In this document: one piece after another, positions 60,137-64,000 of the stretch | How positions within the stretch are numbered: the stretch's first letter is position 1 | Layout: each line of letters begins with the position of its first letter | DNA from: an uncultured Anaerolineaceae bacterium | Lineage (GTDB): Bacteria > Chloroflexota > Anaerolineae > Anaerolineales > UBA4823 | Direction: 5' to 3' | Length of the DNA: 64,000 bases | NCBI GenBank assembly: GCA_964547225.1 | Contig: CAZJMV010000113.1 | Location: 77,220 to 141,219 of the forward strand | The notes under the pieces: model-generated | Seen by the model: the letters and a program-made list of their open reading frames with translations, nothing else | Told to the model about the DNA's origin: nothing | Database searches by the model: none | Program-made: the position numbers and the translations under genes

Positions 60137-60367
60137 TTATAATGTACAAAGCTCACATTTTGCATTTTGTAATCTCCCCTCAGCCACTTTTGTTCCTCGA
60201 CAAGATTTGCAGTTCAACCAAGGTCCAGGACCCATTGGATAATTTGGTGTTGGAGGAACAACAGGATAGGTGGGACTATCAGGTATATCCATGCAAACTA
60301 CTCTTCCCGCTTTCAATCCCGACCTAACTTTTAATGCAAGACGCTCCTCAGCATTATCTGGTTTCAT
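60137..60367 (-). CDS. 76-aa Cys-rich peptide A (leader-like VRSGLKAG; Pro-rich insert; WLNCKSC...KCELC)
   Basis: AAGGAG SD 7 nt before ATG 60367 (track over-extends to 60490); homologous to peptide B. Confidence 0.8.
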   Translation of the reverse strand: MKPDNAEERLALKVRSGLKAGRVVCMDIPDSPTYPVVPPTPNYPMGPGPWLNCKSCRGTKVAEGRLQNAKCELCTL

Positions 60368-60419
60368 AATCCATCTCCTTTTTTTAAATTTAAACCATTT
60401 GTCAACGTGTATTACTCCT

Positions 60420-60448
60420 ATTTTATGTGAATATGTTGATTTATACAA
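60420..60448 (-). promoter_or_regulatory. Probable sigma70 promoter of the peptide operon
   Basis: Minus strand TTGTAT-N17-TAAAAT, about 50 nt upstream of ATG 60367. Confidence 0.55.
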
Positions 60449-60820
60449 TACAACAAATGTCGGTTTAATTAGCGATAGTTTGTGTATCATTCTTTCTATG
60501 AATTATATTCACTGAAAGTGTAGGTCAGGTGATTACGTCTAATGGCGCTAGTCATGGGAAATTTAAAATTTGCTCTGAACCAGCGGCGAAAGGATTTTGT
60601 CTAGAATCAAATATTGAGTTTTCCACGTTAAATAAATTTAAATTCATCAAATTCTAAGAATTACAAAACAATAGTGATATTTGATTCATATATTGGATTA
60701 ATATTTTCTGAGGACTCATAGTTTTTCTATTGTAAATATACTCATTGAAGCATATACTAAAGAGAGAAAAGAATGTAAAGATTTTTACATCATGATACTA
60801 ATTCAGCATTAGGATATTTT

Positions 60821-61984
60821 ATGAAACTGAAGCATATTTTTCACTTGATCATTCTAATTTCTTCATTGATTGTGGTTGTTGCGTGTAATATTTTCTCTCT
60901 ACCTATCATTACACAAACAAGCACCGAAGTGGTAAATGAAGAAAAACCAGATCAAGAATTACTCAAAACATCGATTATCTCTAACGAAGAAGAAATTATT
61001 GTTAATTTATATAAAATAATAAATCCTTCAGTGGTCAATATTTCTACTTATATAAAACAAAATAATATCGTCATCCAAAGCGGTCAGGGTTCTGGTTTTG
61101 TATTTGATGGGGATGGATACATAGTGACAAATTCCCATGTGATCCATGGAGTGGATGATATTGAAGTCTATTTTTCTGATAGTTCCACTTCACATGCTAA
61201 AGTCTTGGGCGAAGATTTACACAGTGACCTTGCTGTAATAAAAGTAGATTATTTACCAGAGAACGCTAATCCATTACCTCTCGGTGATATGGATGATTTA
61301 TCTGTCGGACAAACGGTTGTTGCGATAGGAAATCCTTTTGGACTTGGGGGAACTTTGACCAAAGGGATCATCAGTGCACTTGGACGCACGATCCCTACTC
61401 TTACGGCATTCTCAATACCTCAATCGATACAAACAGATGCTCCTATAAATCCGGGAAACTCTGGTGGTCCTCTTCTCAATCTTAGAGGAGAAGTAATTGG
61501 AGTCAATGCTCAAATAGAAACTGATGGATCAAGTCGAGTAAATAGCGGAATTGGATTTGCTATTCCAATTAGTATCATGGAAAAAGTTATTCCAGAATTG
61601 ATCGAAAGCGGTGAATATAAATGGAGTTGGTTGGGTGTTACCGGAAGGACATTAGATCCAACGCTAATCGACGCAATGAAGCTAAGTATACGTAAAGGGG
61701 CATATATTTCGAGTGTGGTTAAAAACGGACCGTCCTCTAATACAGATTTGCGAGGAGCAGAAAAGCTTGTAGTTATTAATGGTCGTCAAGTTGAGGTAGG
61801 TGGTGATGTAATCATTGCCATTGATGATGTTATAGTAAATTCATTTGAAGATCTTCTTATTTATACAACTCTAAATACTAAACCTGGTCAAGAAGTAACA
61901 CTAACTGTTCTAAGAGGAAATAAGGAAAAGGAAATCAAAGTGACGGTTGAAGAACGTCCAAGTACCATAGACTTTTCACCTTAA
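60821..61984 (+). CDS. HtrA/DegP-like serine protease lipoprotein with one PDZ
   Basis: VVAC lipobox, TNSHV, SDLAV, GNSGGP, PDZ GGDVIIAID. Confidence 0.93.
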   Translation: MKLKHIFHLIILISSLIVVVACNIFSLPIITQTSTEVVNEEKPDQELLKTSIISNEEEIIVNLYKIINPSVVNISTYIKQNNIVIQSGQGSGFVFDGDGYIVTNSHVIHGVDDIEVYFSDSSTSHAKVLGEDLHSDLAVIKVDYLPENANPLPLGDMDDLSVGQTVVAIGNPFGLGGTLTKGIISALGRTIPTLTAFSIPQSIQTDAPINPGNSGGPLLNLRGEVIGVNAQIETDGSSRVNSGIGFAIPISIMEKVIPELIESGEYKWSWLGVTGRTLDPTLIDAMKLSIRKGAYISSVVKNGPSSNTDLRGAEKLVVINGRQVEVGGDVIIAIDDVIVNSFEDLLIYTTLNTKPGQEVTLTVLRGNKEKEIKVTVEERPSTIDFSP

Positions 61985-61992
61985 GTCAAATG

Positions 61993-62032
61993 GAACAACG
62001 CATTTCTATTTTATTATAGAAATCCGTTGTTC
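61993..62032. terminator. Hairpin between convergent htrA and galT
   Basis: GAACAACGCATTTCTA-N8-TAGAAATCCGTTGTTC, one mismatch. Confidence 0.7.
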
Positions 62033-62058
62033 ATTCATCTTCTCAAATATAATTTCTA

Positions 62059-63126
62059 TCATGTAGACACTAATGATTTTTTATAGTGAAGATTAGGTAA
62101 TTCCCTGATCATTTTCGCTGCTGTCTCAGGGGTCAGATCGCGTTGTGGCATAGCTAACATCTCAAAACCGACCATAAATTTTTTTACTGTTGCAGAACGT
62201 AATAATGGTGGATAATAATGGATGTGCATGTGGTAAGCTGAATAGTCTAAGCGTTTATTGGTTGGCGCCTGGTGAAAACCCATCGAATATGGGAAAGATA
62301 TTTCAAAGAGATTGTCATATTTTGTTGTGACTTCTTTCATGATATGCGCTAATAGAATAACTTCGTCTTGGTTTAACTCGTTTAGATAGGATCGGTGGTT
62401 TTTAGGGATGATCATAATTTCAAATGGCCAAATCGCCCAAAAAGGAACTAGAGCCACAAAATATTCATTCATTGCTACTATTCTTTCACCAGAGTCTATC
62501 TCTTCCTTCAGATAATCACAGATTAAACATGAATGATACTTCTTTTCATAAGCTGTTATTGAATCTAATTCTTTTAATGGCTCATTGGGGATAAAACTTG
62601 TAGCCCAAATTTGACTATGAGGATGTGGGTTTGAGCATCCCATCATAGCGCCTTTATTCTCAAATACCTGGACATAATCGATAGACTCCATATTCCCTAA
62701 TTCAGATGTTTGTTTTGTCCAGGTAGTAAGCACAGCTTCAATTTCTGGAATGGATAATTCAGGTAAAGTCAAATCATGTCTTGGTGAAAAACAGACAACC
62801 CTGCAAATTCCATTAACAGGCTCAGCTTGGTTTGTAAACATCTTGGGATCACGTTGCTCATTTTGATCACTATTGGTTTCATCAGGAGTTAAAAGAGCTG
62901 GATAATCATTATCGAAAACAAAAGTAGAAATATACTTTGGATTAACTTTTCCACCTGCTCTGCTGTTTCCAGGGCATAAATAGCATTTTTCATCGTATTC
63001 AGGAAGAATTTCTGGGGTATTTTTTTCGACTTGTCCTTGCCATGGTCTACTTGCCCGATGCGGAGATACTAAGACCCACTCTCCTGACAATGGGTTATAT
63101 CTTCGATGAGGTTTTGAATAATCCAT
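62059..63126 (-). CDS. galT: Galactose-1-phosphate uridylyltransferase
   Basis: HRRYNPL, CYLCPGN, GCSNPHPHSQ. Confidence 0.96.
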   Translation of the reverse strand: MDYSKPHRRYNPLSGEWVLVSPHRASRPWQGQVEKNTPEILPEYDEKCYLCPGNSRAGGKVNPKYISTFVFDNDYPALLTPDETNSDQNEQRDPKMFTNQAEPVNGICRVVCFSPRHDLTLPELSIPEIEAVLTTWTKQTSELGNMESIDYVQVFENKGAMMGCSNPHPHSQIWATSFIPNEPLKELDSITAYEKKYHSCLICDYLKEEIDSGERIVAMNEYFVALVPFWAIWPFEIMIIPKNHRSYLNELNQDEVILLAHIMKEVTTKYDNLFEISFPYSMGFHQAPTNKRLDYSAYHMHIHYYPPLLRSATVKKFMVGFEMLAMPQRDLTPETAAKMIRELPNLHYKKSLVST

Positions 63127-63167
63127 TTATAGTATTCCCTTGTTGAAAAAAATTTTTTTGCAAATTT

Positions 63168-63998
63168 TTATTCATTAAACGAGAAGGTAGATTCAGCGTA
63201 GTAGCGAATAGCATTTGCAGACATACGCTCCATCATCCATTCATCCATCCATAATTTCTTTTTGTCAAAAGACCAATCTGCCATTAATATTCCAATCGGA
63301 ATATTGATATTTAGTGCTCTAGCTGGGATAATATGTCGTGTAATTCCACTTGGGATTTTCTCTGTACTCCTAGCAGCCTCCATGATATTCACCGGTTCTA
63401 AACGAGGAAAAATTATTAAAGATGTTATTTCAGGATAAAAAGGTTTCTGAATTTCCCATATATCATTAGAAGCACGAAAAATGTCGGACTTACCACGATA
63501 TATATCCACAATCCTATTCAAAAGACTGACCTTATCTAATTTCAGTAAATCCTCTTCAGAGATTACAACATGGATCCCATTATCATCAACGAAATAAATT
63601 TCAATAGCTCCGGTTTTGATTTTTTCCCTAGCCTCTTCAAGTGTACTTACTTCGGTTCTTATCCCCTCTAATTCTTGGATAGAATCCCAAAAAAAATCTC
63701 TTTCCATTCCAGAAACAACATGATACCAGGTATCTAATGATACGCCAGGATTGCCATAATTAACTAATTGTGCAACTATATGCGGAATCCCCAAGGTTTT
63801 AAACGTTGTAACACGATTTGCACCATCTAAAACTACAAATAAATCGCTATTGGGAATATTGGCAATTACAGGTGGATTTTTTAGTAACCCTTCCTCCAGT
63901 AATCGTTGACTTAGTTTTTCTACTCGTCTAGGGTCACAATTCTCATGTGGAAGTAGTTTTTCTGTTGGGAGGATTTTTATTTCCGGTAGTTCTGTACT
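63168..63998 (-). CDS. ParB/Srx-like N-terminal domain protein (SerK/SbnI-like), 5'-truncated
   Basis: Frame is open to the window end: LLPHENCDPRR...LKNPPVI...VVLDGANR. Confidence 0.7.
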   Translation of the reverse strand, partial: STELPEIKILPTEKLLPHENCDPRRVEKLSQRLLEEGLLKNPPVIANIPNSDLFVVLDGANRVTTFKTLGIPHIVAQLVNYGNPGVSLDTWYHVVSGMERDFFWDSIQELEGIRTEVSTLEEAREKIKTGAIEIYFVDDNGIHVVISEEDLLKLDKVSLLNRIVDIYRGKSDIFRASNDIWEIQKPFYPEITSLIIFPRLEPVNIMEAARSTEKIPSGITRHIIPARALNINIPIGILMADWSFDKKKLWMDEWMMERMSANAIRYYAESTFSFNE

Positions 63999-64000
63999 CT

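Noticed and set aside
60368-60490. N-terminal extension of peptide A given by the ORF track (117 aa)
   Set aside because: It overlaps the putative promoter; the strong SD precedes ATG 60367
60500-60620. GC-richer intergenic stretch as a riboswitch or ncRNA upstream of the peptides or htrA
   Set aside because: No match by eye to SRP, TPP, SAM, FMN, B12, c-di-GMP, c-di-AMP, ZTP or fluoride consensus; an Infernal/Rfam scan would be needed

Overview
Ordinary AT-rich bacterial chromosome (roughly one-third GC by eye, genetic code 11). The gene set and protein styles suggest an anaerobic Chloroflexota (Anaerolineae-like) organism; this is an inference. The window holds about 65 CDS and one tRNA-Leu(UAG). 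I found no CRISPR array, transposase, prophage or rRNA. Housekeeping genes include xth, scpA, trxA, murA, secDF, rlmN, clpP, tig, a xer-type recombinase, hflX, tatA, rel, mutS2 and galT. Metabolic modules are: a sugar ABC transporter with an MggS-like GT4 and a glucosylglycerate phosphorylase; two CooC ATPases; a Na+-pumping acyl-CoA decarboxylase; aspC-pckA; malic enzyme; and hypA/hypC. The most interesting item is a self-contained two-gene operon at 59.9-60.4 kb with its own promoter, two Shine-Dalgarno (SD) sites and a terminator. It encodes paralogous small peptides sharing an RSG[LI][KR][AS]G leader-like motif and a W-L-x(0,1)-CxSCxG...KCxxC C-terminus, which could be RiPP-precursor-like or metal-binding. 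It lies next to a 5-TM protein plus Tat-type Thr-nucleophile sulfatase-fold pair that resembles a split LtaS. Other notable items are a LexA-box-containing promoter on a DNA-repair radical SAM gene, a GbsR-type regulator whose palindromic operator flanks its own -10, a Trx-VKOR fusion ahead of hypA-hypC, MurA Cys115Asp, and Rel with an EFDD motif plus an intact HD. All calls come from motif recognition only; no database searches were run.
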